A stretch of DNA of 42,178 nucleotides from Candidatus Aenigmatarchaeota archaeon (GCA_030619735.1 JAUXAV010000001.1:1-42178); one strand, 5' to 3'; positions 19,519 through 29,121 are shown, counted from the first letter of the stretch. Numbers and translations: made by a program. The notes: generated by a model not told the origin, from the sequence alone.

Positions 19519-20238
19519 ATGGTCAAGAAAAAAAAAATGAGTGAGAAATATCTACTCAAACACCGCTACCTGATCACAGACAAGCGATATTTAATATATA
19601 CAAAAGAACTGTACGGTAGAATTGCTAAATCAGTAGCAAAAAGGCTTGCAAAAACCAGGATAACCCCTAATCAGGTAACTATACTTTCACTTTTTTTGGG
19701 TTTAATTTCTGGCCTGTTGTTCTCATTCGGATATCAGATATATTTGATAATTGGTATTGTCTTATTGCAGCTTTCTGTATTTCTTGACTATCTTGATGGT
19801 AATTTGGCCAGGGAAAAAAATTCAATGAGCGCTTTTGGGTGTTGGCTGGATAGTTTCGGGGACAGGATAATTGATTTCTTTGTTTTTTTCGGTTTAGCGT
19901 GGGGTGCCTTTTCCATAACGGGCAATTATTTAATTTGGATTCTATGTTCACTTATTTTAGGTGGGCACTATCTGATAGTGTTTAATTATCTAGCAGTCAT
20001 AGTAAGTATTTATGAAATGAGAATTACGAAGAAAATAGAAACGAGCAGATTTATGAAAATTTTCGGGTATTCCAGAAGCAATATATACCTTTTGTTGGTG
20101 GTTTTTGTTTTGCTAAACAACATTTTATGGTATTTTTATTTGATGAGTATTTATTCTTGGTTGTGCTATCTGGGCTCTGTTTCTTTTTTCACAATAAAAA
20201 TTAAGAAATACAGTGAATCAAGGAAGGATTCTACGTAA
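19519..20238 (+). CDS. CDP-alcohol phosphatidyltransferase family protein
   Basis: ITPNQVT and signature DYLDGNLAR...GCWLDSFGD. Confidence 0.92.
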   Translation: MVKKKKMSEKYLLKHRYLITDKRYLIYTKELYGRIAKSVAKRLAKTRITPNQVTILSLFLGLISGLLFSFGYQIYLIIGIVLLQLSVFLDYLDGNLAREKNSMSAFGCWLDSFGDRIIDFFVFFGLAWGAFSITGNYLIWILCSLILGGHYLIVFNYLAVIVSIYEMRITKKIETSRFMKIFGYSRSNIYLLLVVFVLLNNILWYFYLMSIYSWLCYLGSVSFFTIKIKKYSESRKDST

Positions 20239-20266
20239 TGTTCATGGTACAAAGCATTTTTCACTT

Positions 20267-21856
20267 TCATTTTTTCTTGTAAATGAATGTCCTAGTATTA
20301 GGAAGGTTGCCCTCAATAGTTTTCACCAGTTCAAAAGCTTTGTGTTTGCTGGCAAACTCCAGCAAGTCATACTCGCTATCTATTTTCGTGTATTCCTCAT
20401 GCACAATGATATAATTCACCTTTGGGTATTCTATGTTGAACCTTGCCCATTCCGGCTCTGAATATTTGCCTTCTATCATCTGTTCCAGTTCGCTCTCCTT
20501 ACGGGGCATGTAGAATAAGTATATCTTTCTTTCCTTGTCAAGGAGGGCAAAACTGAAAGCCTGGCCCCTGTACTGGGAACTTATGATACTGGTCTCTGAT
20601 TCTGTATCTTCTATTACATACAGGGAAGCTTCATCAAACTTTCCCACTGGAAACTCGTTTCCGGTTGCAATTAAGAAATGCGAGCACTGGGCAACAGCAA
20701 GAATCATTATGGCAATCACAACTGGGTGCCAGATTTTTTTAAATAGCTTGATAATTACCCTTGAGGTGGGTATGATTATAAAGGGGATTATGTAAATCAT
20801 GAACCTTGGTTGTGCCCCGCCATATATGGAAAAGGTTATGAAGAAGACCAGGACCATAACTATTGAAGCCTTTTCTACTATATTTAATGCCCTAATTTTT
20901 TTGACTAGGAATACTATGGCCAAGATGAAGAATGGTATCAGGTACCAAGTATGGAGGATGGTTGAGATATAGAACACGAAATTCTGCAGTGATGAAAGCC
21001 CTATATAGCTTCGTTTTGTCCCGTCCATAAGCGGGAAACCTTCAACGGCACTTTTCTCAAACCCTCCGGCATGTTCTGTCCATTTGCCCAGTCCTGAGAG
21101 GCCCTGGGTTTCTAGGACTGCAAGCTCTATAATCCAGGGACTCAGAAAAATGAAAAACAAAATAATCGATACAGCAATCTGCTTGTGCTTTTTCCTTAAG
21201 GATGAAAAAGATAATCCTCTGTGCCAGAGCAGGGTAAGGAAAAGAACGGGTAGTATCAAGACCATGGGAGGCTTTGTAAGAATTGCCAGGGCTGAGCCTA
21301 TTGCAGTGAGGTAGAGATACCTGCTCTTGTTCTTCAGGGAATACAGGGAGAAATAATAAACTGTTATGACCAGGAACATGGTTGATGCAATTTCCAGCAG
21401 AAGGCTGGTTGAGTAATAGAAAATCAGGGGATTGAAGGCTATTAGGAAAACCCCCAGGAATGCCACTCTCCTGTCCTTGTAGCAGAGCTTGGATAATTTG
21501 TATGCGAAAAAGAGTAGAATCATTACCTCTATTATGGAAGGCAGTATAGTTATAAACCTGCTCACACCAAACAGAAGGTAGATCAGCCCTAGGAAGATGA
21601 AATGAAAAGGACTATATGCCAGGAAGGAACCAAAGGATTTGTAATGCATATGGTGGCTTATGGCCAGGTCACTTAGTTCTGAGAAAGAGATGGTAGGATT
21701 TGAAAGCCATGCAGTTCCCAGCTCATTGACAAACAACCCTGCAGCAGCGTGGTTGCCCTCATCACCCGTCATCCTGTTAATATTGATTGTGGTCAGGCTG
21801 AGGACAAGGCTGAATAGCAATATAAAAATTAATATAAACTTATTTTCTTTATTCAT
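20267..21856 (-). CDS. GT-C membrane glycosyltransferase (ArnT/PMT-like)
   Basis: GDE after the first TM, AFNP, LAILTK, PRF, multiple TM helices. Confidence 0.8.
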   Translation of the reverse strand: MNKENKFILIFILLFSLVLSLTTININRMTGDEGNHAAAGLFVNELGTAWLSNPTISFSELSDLAISHHMHYKSFGSFLAYSPFHFIFLGLIYLLFGVSRFITILPSIIEVMILLFFAYKLSKLCYKDRRVAFLGVFLIAFNPLIFYYSTSLLLEIASTMFLVITVYYFSLYSLKNKSRYLYLTAIGSALAILTKPPMVLILPVLFLTLLWHRGLSFSSLRKKHKQIAVSIILFFIFLSPWIIELAVLETQGLSGLGKWTEHAGGFEKSAVEGFPLMDGTKRSYIGLSSLQNFVFYISTILHTWYLIPFFILAIVFLVKKIRALNIVEKASIVMVLVFFITFSIYGGAQPRFMIYIIPFIIIPTSRVIIKLFKKIWHPVVIAIMILAVAQCSHFLIATGNEFPVGKFDEASLYVIEDTESETSIISSQYRGQAFSFALLDKERKIYLFYMPRKESELEQMIEGKYSEPEWARFNIEYPKVNYIIVHEEYTKIDSEYDLLEFASKHKAFELVKTIEGNLPNTRTFIYKKK

Positions 21857-21893
21857 AATAAATATAAGAAAAGTAGTATATAAATTAGATATT

Positions 21894-22580
21894 ATGCAGC
21901 CACAAATTTCTATAATAATCCCATGTTATAATGAGGAAGAGAACATAGGAGAATGTATAAGAAGGATTCCAAAATTAGAAAAGAGCAGTGAAATACTTGT
22001 AGTTGATGACGGTAGTAGTGATAGGACAGCAGAAATGGCTAGAAATGCCAAGAGGGAAAATATCATGGTTATAAGGTATGTGAAAAACAGGGGTAAGGGC
22101 TATGCCTTTAGGGTGGGGTTAAAGAACGCAAGGGGCGAGGTTGTCCTTATCCAAGATGCAGATATGGCAACGCCACCTGAGGATATACCCAACATAGTAA
22201 AGCCCATCCTTGAGGGAAGGGCTGATTTTGTCAATGGAACAAGGTTTGTGTATCCTATGGAAAGCGGAGCCATGAAGAGTATGCATGTCTTTGGCAACAG
22301 GGTTTTTGCATTCCTGGTTTCGGTTATGATAAGGAAGTGGCTGACTGATACCCTCTGCGGCTTCAAAGCATTTAGGAAGAGCATGCTAAAGGGGGAATTG
22401 CATGAGGACAGCTGGCCTGATTTTGAACTCCTCTTTATGGCAAAGAAGAGCGGCATGAGAATTACAGAGGTGCCCATTCACTATAAGAGAAGAAAGGCAG
22501 GGGAGAGTAAGATGAAAACCTTCAGCCATGCATATAAGATGTTCAGGATGCTTGCAAGGTCATTGCTTGGTACATATTGA
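21894..22580 (+). CDS. Glycosyltransferase family 2, polyprenol-phosphate glycosyltransferase (DPM1-like)
   Basis: IIIPCYNEE, VDDGSSD, NRGKG, DAD, GTRF, DTLCGFKAFR; ATG 21894. Confidence 0.9.
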   Translation: MQPQISIIIPCYNEEENIGECIRRIPKLEKSSEILVVDDGSSDRTAEMARNAKRENIMVIRYVKNRGKGYAFRVGLKNARGEVVLIQDADMATPPEDIPNIVKPILEGRADFVNGTRFVYPMESGAMKSMHVFGNRVFAFLVSVMIRKWLTDTLCGFKAFRKSMLKGELHEDSWPDFELLFMAKKSGMRITEVPIHYKRRKAGESKMKTFSHAYKMFRMLARSLLGTY

Positions 22581-22593
22581 ATAATTGCTAAAG

Positions 22594-23646
22594 TTACCTG
22601 CCCTTGGACAGTAGGACCCTGTGTATTTCCTCAAAAATATCCTCCAGTCCTATTCTTATATCCCATCTGGGGAAGTGCTTCCTTGCCTTGCTAATATTGG
22701 AAATCCACCATATGTGGTCAGCCTCTCTTTCCGGCCCAAGTTTGTAATTCATTTTCTTGCCTGTTATCTTCTCTATAAGATCTAGTGCCTCAAGTATGGA
22801 GATGGAATTTTTCCTTGAGCCTCCTATATTGTAAACCTCCCCGGGCTTCGGATTTTTGATGAACTCTAGGAAGAGCATTGCCAGGTCTTTGGCATGGATA
22901 ACATCCCTGACCTGATAGCCACCGTAACCAAATACTGTCAGCTCCTCTCCTGTAAGTGCCTTCTTAACAAAATAAGGCTCCCAGTTGTGCATTTCAACCG
23001 CCCTTGCGGCCCCTCCTGTTATACAGCCCATTCTGAAGCTGCCTGTCTTGAGGCCATAAAGGCGTGCATACTCCTGTACATATAGGTCTGCTGCTGCCTT
23101 GCTTACCCCAAAGGGCGTATGCATATTCCGGTCAATTCTGAGGTTCTCATCAAACCCTTCCCTCAGGGCAGGGTCAATTGGCTCAAATCTTTTGCCAACC
23201 TTCTTGTATTTAAAATAGTTCGGCATCTCCCCATATACTTTGTTGGTGGAGCAGAAAACAAAAACCGCATCCTTATTGTGTTTCCTGACCCTTTCCAGCA
23301 AAGAGAGTGTCCCCTGTGCATTGATTTGAAAATCTTCCAAGGGTAGCTCAATCGATTTCGGATGCGATGGCTGAGCTGCTGTATGGATTATAGCATCTGC
23401 CTTCTTTATCAGTGGAAGCATTCCCTCACCCCTGAAATCCATCTCGTGGTGCTCTATGTTATAGTTCTTCAAAAGCTCTTCTATTATGGCTTTCGTACTG
23501 CCCTCCTCGCCAAAGAGTTTGCCTCTCATATAGTTGTCAATACTTATAACCTTCCAGCCCCTATCTGAAAATAGCCTGCAGCACTCCGAACCAACTAACC
23601 CTGCACCGCCTGTGATCAGAACTGTTGTCATACTCAAATCTTTCAC
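22594..23646 (-). CDS. NAD-dependent epimerase, CDP-paratose/tyvelose 2-epimerase (RfbE)-like
   Basis: GGAGLVG, AAQPSH, STNKVYG, G.QVRD.IH, GG.R.NS.SILE; PFGVSK in place of YxxxK. Confidence 0.8.
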   Translation of the reverse strand: MKDLSMTTVLITGGAGLVGSECCRLFSDRGWKVISIDNYMRGKLFGEEGSTKAIIEELLKNYNIEHHEMDFRGEGMLPLIKKADAIIHTAAQPSHPKSIELPLEDFQINAQGTLSLLERVRKHNKDAVFVFCSTNKVYGEMPNYFKYKKVGKRFEPIDPALREGFDENLRIDRNMHTPFGVSKAAADLYVQEYARLYGLKTGSFRMGCITGGAARAVEMHNWEPYFVKKALTGEELTVFGYGGYQVRDVIHAKDLAMLFLEFIKNPKPGEVYNIGGSRKNSISILEALDLIEKITGKKMNYKLGPEREADHIWWISNISKARKHFPRWDIRIGLEDIFEEIHRVLLSKGR

Positions 23647-23662
23647 ATATTAATTTATATGT

Positions 23663-23812
23663 TTATATTATCCCATAATATGGACCATACAGCGTCCTGA
23701 TATAAATCCCTACATCCCCTGCGCTAAGACCGACAGATGTAATGCTCCAGAACCTGAGGACTATGCCCAATATTATAATCAGGGCAAGTATAATTAGTGT
23801 CTTGTGTTTCAT
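23663..23812 (-). pseudogene. N-terminal stub of a GT-C-like membrane protein
   Basis: MKHKTLIILALIIILGIVLRFWSITSVGLSAGDVGIY resembles first TM + LR + acidic loop of ArnT-like proteins; stops after 49 aa. Confidence 0.55.
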
Positions 23813-23929
23813 AGCCTGCTCCAGCATCGTTAATAAATGGAAATACGCATATAAATGCATTGCATAGGCATTACAAAACCCCTCAAACATTCAGAATTTA
23901 TTTAAATACCCAAGGATTACCTTTAAATT

Positions 23930-24778
23930 ATGCTGAGCATAGTAATCCCGACATACAATGAGGAGGAGGGAATTGACCAGGTTCTTGGAGAGATAAAGGG
24001 AGTAATGGCAAAATTAAAGGAGAAGAGCGAGATAATCGTTGTTGATGATGGCTCCCAGGACAGGACTGCTGAGATTGCAAAAAAGCACAAGGTGAAGCTG
24101 ATAAGGAATCCCTACAACAGGGGGTATGGGTTTTCCATAAAAAGGGGAATAAAGGAGTCCAAAGGCGACTGGATTCTCATAACAGATGCAGACGGCACAT
24201 ACCCTGTGAAGGACATACCCAGGCTTCTGGAATATACAGGGGAATATGATATGGTGGTGGGCGCAAGAACAGGAAAGAATGTCAAGATACCCCTTATGAG
24301 GAGGCCGGCAAAGTTCATGCTCGGGAGGGTGGCCAACTACCTGACCGGGGTGAAGATACCTGACCTGAACTCAGGGTTCAGGGTGTTCAGGAAGGATATA
24401 GCCCTGAGGTTTTTCAATCTCTTCCCCTATGGTTTCTCCTTCACCACAACCATAACCATGGCCTGCCTCAGCAATGAGTACCTGGTCAAGTATGTGCCGA
24501 TAGACTACCATAGGAGGAAGGGAAAATCCAGTATGAAGAGAAGGGAGTTCATAAACTTCAATATCTTGATGCTCAGGATGATAATGTATTTCAAGCCCCT
24601 CAAGATATTCATGCCGAGTGCAGCGGTGCTATTCATAATAGGCATTGTCCTTTTGCTGTGGGACCTTATCATAAGGTTTAATGTTACAGAGCTCTCTGTT
24701 ATGATAATACTGGTTTCATTCCTGGTTGGGTTCCTGGGCCTGATTGCAGACCTGGTGGTTAAGAAAACAAGTGAATAA
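23930..24778 (+). CDS. Glycosyltransferase family 2 (DPM1-like) with two C-terminal TM helices
   Basis: IVIPTYNEE, VDDGSQD, NRGYG, DADGTY, DLNSGFR. Confidence 0.92.
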   Translation: MLSIVIPTYNEEEGIDQVLGEIKGVMAKLKEKSEIIVVDDGSQDRTAEIAKKHKVKLIRNPYNRGYGFSIKRGIKESKGDWILITDADGTYPVKDIPRLLEYTGEYDMVVGARTGKNVKIPLMRRPAKFMLGRVANYLTGVKIPDLNSGFRVFRKDIALRFFNLFPYGFSFTTTITMACLSNEYLVKYVPIDYHRRKGKSSMKRREFINFNILMLRMIMYFKPLKIFMPSAAVLFIIGIVLLLWDLIIRFNVTELSVMIILVSFLVGFLGLIADLVVKKTSE

Positions 24779-24783
24779 AAGCC

Positions 24784-26286
24784 CTATTTTTCTATCCTTT
24801 CCTTAAGGGCGCCCCTTACCTTTTCCGCGAATATGTATTCAAATGGGAATGAGAAGAATCGGTGCTTCCATCTTGCGGCTGCAGTTGGCCTGAAGATTCT
24901 CATGAAGAGGCTGTAAATGGATTTTGTCTGCTTCCAGAGTATATATTCTGAATCCGAGCCGTGGAGTAGGAAGTTGGAGTACATGATGGCCTTATAAAAC
25001 CACATATTATCAAGGTAGTTGTATTCCATTTCCTCCCTGAATCTCCCCCAGTCCTCAAGCCTCTGGGGAGATTTCCATCCCATTTGAACCACCCGATTGA
25101 ACAGCTCACTTCCTGGGTATGGAGCAAAGAGGGAGACAGCGTGCGCTATCTTGGGGTTGATTTTGTTTATAGCATCTATCAATCTTACGGTTTTAATGGC
25201 ATCGGCCTTTGTCTCTCCTGGTATCCCCACCATCCAAGAATACTTGGCGCCGATTCCGTATTCCGTGGAAAGCCTTGCAGAATCCAGTATCTGTTCCAGT
25301 GTTATGTCCTTGTGGATGAGGTCAAGTATCCTCTGTGAGCCAGATTCTGCACCAAAGGCAACATGATGGCATTCAGTATCCTTAAGGCTCTGGAAGAGGC
25401 TGTCTGTTTTATGGACATCCACCCGGAATCCGTCCTCTATTGCCCATACAAGGCCAAGGTCCTTGAAGAGTTCCCCTATCTTCACTATCCTTTTCTCAGG
25501 GCCCATGAAGGCATCGTCAATAACTATTCTTTTGACCCCGGCCTTTACCAAAGGCTGAATCTCCCTTTCTATTTTCTTGGGGCCCCAGGCGCGGTAAATC
25601 CTTTTCGTGCAGAGGAGATTCCAGCAGAATGAACACCTGAAGGGGCACCCCTTGCTGGTTATGATATGTATGGTCTTTAGGCCGCCGGAGTCAAAGATGT
25701 ATCTTTTGAGATTAATCAGGTCCAGGGCCATTGAAACCTCCTTGTCCCAGTCCCTTATAATGGGCCTATCTTCTGTATGCACTGGTTTGCCGTTGCGCTT
25801 AAAGGTAAGGCCCTTAACCGAGCTGATATCCCTACTGTCCTTCAGGGCGTCCGCCAGCTCCACAGATGTTATCTCCCCCTCCCCTCTGCAGACTATGTCG
25901 ATGTTGGGGTTTATTACTGTCTGCTCTGGCAGGATATCCGGATGCGGCCCGCCCCAGACTATTTTTGTGTCCGGACTTGCCTGCTTTATGAACCTTGAGA
26001 GCTCAATTGCATCCAGTATGATAGGTCCTGTGAAAATCGTGAATCCCACGAAAAGTATCCTGTTCTCGCGGAGCGCCTTCACCAGGTCCTTTCGGTCATC
26101 CAGCCTGTCGTCAAAAATAAGCACCCTGTATCCGGCCCTGCGCAGGCTTGATGCTAAGAAAAGCGGGCCGTAAGGCAGGTTTACTATCTTGTACGGAGAG
26201 ACAATGTTTGGCTGTATCAGGATTATGTCCACCTTTGATGGACAGCTGTTGCCCTTAGGCAACATTATGTCATATTTTCCTTTCAT
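24784..26286 (-). CDS. Cobalamin-binding radical SAM protein (class B methyltransferase-like)
   Basis: WGGPHP, GEGE, TSKGCPFRCSFC, GAESGSQRIL, PYPGS. Confidence 0.92.
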   Translation of the reverse strand: MKGKYDIMLPKGNSCPSKVDIILIQPNIVSPYKIVNLPYGPLFLASSLRRAGYRVLIFDDRLDDRKDLVKALRENRILFVGFTIFTGPIILDAIELSRFIKQASPDTKIVWGGPHPDILPEQTVINPNIDIVCRGEGEITSVELADALKDSRDISSVKGLTFKRNGKPVHTEDRPIIRDWDKEVSMALDLINLKRYIFDSGGLKTIHIITSKGCPFRCSFCWNLLCTKRIYRAWGPKKIEREIQPLVKAGVKRIVIDDAFMGPEKRIVKIGELFKDLGLVWAIEDGFRVDVHKTDSLFQSLKDTECHHVAFGAESGSQRILDLIHKDITLEQILDSARLSTEYGIGAKYSWMVGIPGETKADAIKTVRLIDAINKINPKIAHAVSLFAPYPGSELFNRVVQMGWKSPQRLEDWGRFREEMEYNYLDNMWFYKAIMYSNFLLHGSDSEYILWKQTKSIYSLFMRIFRPTAAARWKHRFFSFPFEYIFAEKVRGALKERIEK

Positions 26287-26322
26287 TAAAAATCTATTCC
26301 ATGGAATGTTTTAAATATTAAT

Positions 26323-27504
26323 CTAAGCCACCCTTCTATAGACCTTCATTATGTCAAGGGAGACCCTTGCCCATGAATAGTCTTTGATTGCCTTCTCCCT
26401 GCAGGCCCTTCCGAGCTTCTTTATCCTTTTTTCATCATTAAGGAGGCCTGCAAGCATTTCTGCAAACTCATGGAAATCCTGTGCACTGGCATAGACACCG
26501 AGGTTTCCGAGTATGTGCCTGTTTACTGGATAGTCAAAAACCACGCTCGGGATTCCCATTGCCATGTAATTATAAACCTTTTCATTGCCCTCACCAGAGG
26601 TGATTATCTTTGGTGAAACCCCCACATGCGCCAGGGAAAGGTATCTGGGGATGTCAAAATAGCTTACCTTGCCTGTGAAGGTGATGTTATCCTGCACCCC
26701 GAGCCTCCTTGCCATCCTTGAGTAGTGCTCGATATTCGGGAAGCCTATTATAAGGAAGTGTGTTTCAGGTGCCTCCTTCAGCACTTCGGGTATGGAGCCT
26801 ATAAGACCGTCGATTCCCTGATAGGGATGGAGCGTGCCTATGTATGTGACAACCCTCCTTCCCTGGGGGATTGAAACCCTTTTCCTGATATTGCCTGGCT
26901 TCACATCCGGGGAGAAGATATCCGTGTCAACACCGTCACCTATAACCGTGACCCTTTCCTGGTCTATCCCGAAATCTTCCGTCAGGACCTTTGCGTTCTG
27001 GTTGGAGCTTGTTATTATCTCGTCTGCACGGCGGTTCAGCATCCCCTCGATGCGATGCCAGAATCTGTAAGAAGTGCTGCCCTTTCTTAGGAAGTGCTTT
27101 GCCAGCATCTCCCCTGTGAGCGAGCCTTCGGCATCAAATACAATGGGCCTCCTTCTGAAGAGCCGGAGCAGACTCCCGACAGCAACCCCTTCATGCAGAA
27201 AGGCGTGTATTATATCATAGTCCCTCTCTAAGAACCTCTTTAGTGCAATAGAGGATAAGAGCACATCCAGATAAATCTTATGGAAATTGGCACCCACGGC
27301 TGTGCTTCTATACCATGGGATGCTGGGTATCCTTTTAATCTCAATGCCCTTTATATTCCTGCCCAGATGGTATGCAAAAACCGTGACCCTGTTGCCGAGC
27401 TTCTGGAGTGACCTTACCTCTTCCAATACGCGGATGGGGGTTCCTCTGTCCTCAAAGAAGGGGACAGGAGATATGTTTGCAATCCTGTACATAGTTATAA
27501 ACAC
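26323..27504 (-). CDS. Glycosyltransferase family 4
   Basis: GVDTDIF, YIGTLHPYQGID, KVYNYMAMG, YSW. Confidence 0.88.
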   Translation of the reverse strand: MFITMYRIANISPVPFFEDRGTPIRVLEEVRSLQKLGNRVTVFAYHLGRNIKGIEIKRIPSIPWYRSTAVGANFHKIYLDVLLSSIALKRFLERDYDIIHAFLHEGVAVGSLLRLFRRRPIVFDAEGSLTGEMLAKHFLRKGSTSYRFWHRIEGMLNRRADEIITSSNQNAKVLTEDFGIDQERVTVIGDGVDTDIFSPDVKPGNIRKRVSIPQGRRVVTYIGTLHPYQGIDGLIGSIPEVLKEAPETHFLIIGFPNIEHYSRMARRLGVQDNITFTGKVSYFDIPRYLSLAHVGVSPKIITSGEGNEKVYNYMAMGIPSVVFDYPVNRHILGNLGVYASAQDFHEFAEMLAGLLNDEKRIKKLGRACREKAIKDYSWARVSLDIMKVYRRVA

Positions 27505-27507
27505 ACA

Positions 27508-28629
27508 TTAAAGATTAAAAAAGGATTTTACACCAGAAATCACCCTGTCAATATCCTCCTGCTTCATGTCCGGGTAAAGCGGGAGTGTTACCAGCCTTTT
27601 CCATATCCTGTCCGCAACAGGCACATCTGCAGGAACATTGCTGTATATCTTGTGCATGTGAAGAGGGAGATAGTGGACGCTTGTTGATATCCCCAGTTTC
27701 TGCATATGCTCCATAAATCTGTCCCTATTTTCTATTTTGGCAACGTAGTTGTGATGCGAGCTTTCGGCATATTCCTTTACCACAGGGGTCTCTATGCCGT
27801 TTATATCAGCAAATGCCTCGTTATATATCTTTGTAATCTCTTTTCTGCGCCTGTTGGTTTCTTTGAGCCTCTCCAGCTGGGCGATTCCAAGGGCCGCGAT
27901 TATGTCGTTCATATGGCTCTTGAATCCCAATTCCTTTACCTCATAGCGCCAGGAATAGGAGGCCTTGCCTGAACGCTGGTGCGTGCTCTTGTCAATGCCG
28001 AACCATCTGAGAAGCTTTGCCCTTTCAGCAACCTCGGGTATGTTCGTGGTAAGCATGCCCCCGTCGCCAGTGGTCAGGTTCTTAACTGCATGGAAGCTGA
28101 AGCAGCCTGCATCGCCAAGGGAGCCGGCGGGTTTTCCCTTGTAAAGGGAGCCGCAGGCATGAGCAGCATCTTCTATAACCCTTATCCCCCTGTCCCGGGC
28201 TGTCTCAAGTATCTCATCCATCTCTACTGGATGCCCCCCGTAGTGCACCACTATTATTGCCTTTGTTTTTTCAGTTATCTTCCTCTTCACGTCCTCAACA
28301 TCTATGTTGAGGGTGTCCTCCCTTATATCAGCAAAAACCGGTTTTGCATTGCAGTAATTGGCCACCAGGGCAGTGGAAATGAATGTGATTGCAGGGACAA
28401 TGACCTCCCCTGAGTTTATATTGAATGCCGCAAGCGCTAGGTGCATTGCGGCTGTTCCTGAGTTGAGGCCCACTGCGTATTTTGTCCGGCAGAAATCGCT
28501 GAACCTGCTCTCAAATTCCCTTGTCTTGGGGCCGAAGGTTATCCAGCCTGAGCGGAGCACATCTGTTACGTACTCTATCTCCTTTTCTGTCATGGAGGGC
28601 TTGAAAACAGGTATTATCTTTTTATCCAT
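27508..28629 (-). CDS. DegT/DnrJ/EryC1/StrS sugar aminotransferase
   Basis: NSGTAAMHLA, VHYGG, IEDAAHA, SFHAVKNLTTGDGG (PLP Lys). Confidence 0.93.
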   Translation of the reverse strand: MDKKIIPVFKPSMTEKEIEYVTDVLRSGWITFGPKTREFESRFSDFCRTKYAVGLNSGTAAMHLALAAFNINSGEVIVPAITFISTALVANYCNAKPVFADIREDTLNIDVEDVKRKITEKTKAIIVVHYGGHPVEMDEILETARDRGIRVIEDAAHACGSLYKGKPAGSLGDAGCFSFHAVKNLTTGDGGMLTTNIPEVAERAKLLRWFGIDKSTHQRSGKASYSWRYEVKELGFKSHMNDIIAALGIAQLERLKETNRRRKEITKIYNEAFADINGIETPVVKEYAESSHHNYVAKIENRDRFMEHMQKLGISTSVHYLPLHMHKIYSNVPADVPVADRIWKRLVTLPLYPDMKQEDIDRVISGVKSFFNL

Positions 28630-28725
28630 ATCTGCATCTCCTATTAACTAAGTGCATAGTTAAACTATGCAGAGATGTCTCTTGCACCGTTAACCAATAA
28701 TATTGGTTGACTGGAGACAAGATAT
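28628..28725 (-). repeat. Structured dispersed element, copy 2 (fills the whole intergenic gap)
   Basis: Core TGCAGAGATGTCTCTTG at 28668-28684; termini ATATCTTGTCTCC / GGAGATGCAGATAT are imperfect inverted repeats. Confidence 0.92.
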
Positions 28726-29121
28726 TCACCCTTTTTTCACGCTCCATTTGTATGCGTCAGGGTTTTCAGGATTGTACGGCAGGGTGGTGTAGATGAAGAG
28801 CACGGCATCCCTGTCCCCGATGTTTTCAATTGCATGGCCAATACTGGGGTCCACCCGGACTGTTATAGGCTTCTCCCCGCTCATTCTCATCCTTTCCTTT
28901 CCCAGGTAAAACATGACCTCCCCGGAGAAGATAGTAAAGAATTCTGTCTGCCTTTTATGGTAGTGAAGGCCCTTTGTTTTGCCTGGCTTGATAACGATAA
29001 GGTAATTCTGGCCAAAATCCTTTACTCCCTTCATAATTTCTGAATCAGAACGCAGGGTTTCCATTACTATGCCATTGTCATCAGTTACAACCTTCACCTT
29101 CTTTTTCATCATCTCAATCAT
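28726..29121 (-). CDS. Cupin, WxcM/FdtA-like sugar 3,4-ketoisomerase or epimerase
   Basis: KPGKTKGLHYHK.QTEFF, GHAIEN, YNPENPD. Confidence 0.75.
   Translation of the reverse strand: MIEMMKKKVKVVTDDNGIVMETLRSDSEIMKGVKDFGQNYLIVIKPGKTKGLHYHKRQTEFFTIFSGEVMFYLGKERMRMSGEKPITVRVDPSIGHAIENIGDRDAVLFIYTTLPYNPENPDAYKWSVKKG

Noticed and set aside
8530..19540. Homopolymer runs (C run near 8800, G7 near 12682, A run near 19530) as phase-variation tracts
   Set aside because: They are short, in frame and explained by Gly/Lys codons; there is no associated frameshift
21660..21893. N-terminal extension of the GT2 ORF
   Set aside because: It overlaps the opposite-strand GT-C gene; family similarity begins at ATG 21894
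28628..28725. Element as a tRNA, integron attC site, H/ACA guide or BHB intron
   Set aside because: No T-loop/anticodon-arm geometry, no RYYYAAC...GTTRRRY boundaries, no clear K-turn despite an ACA after the first arm, and no canonical 3-4-3 bulge-helix-bulge could be fitted
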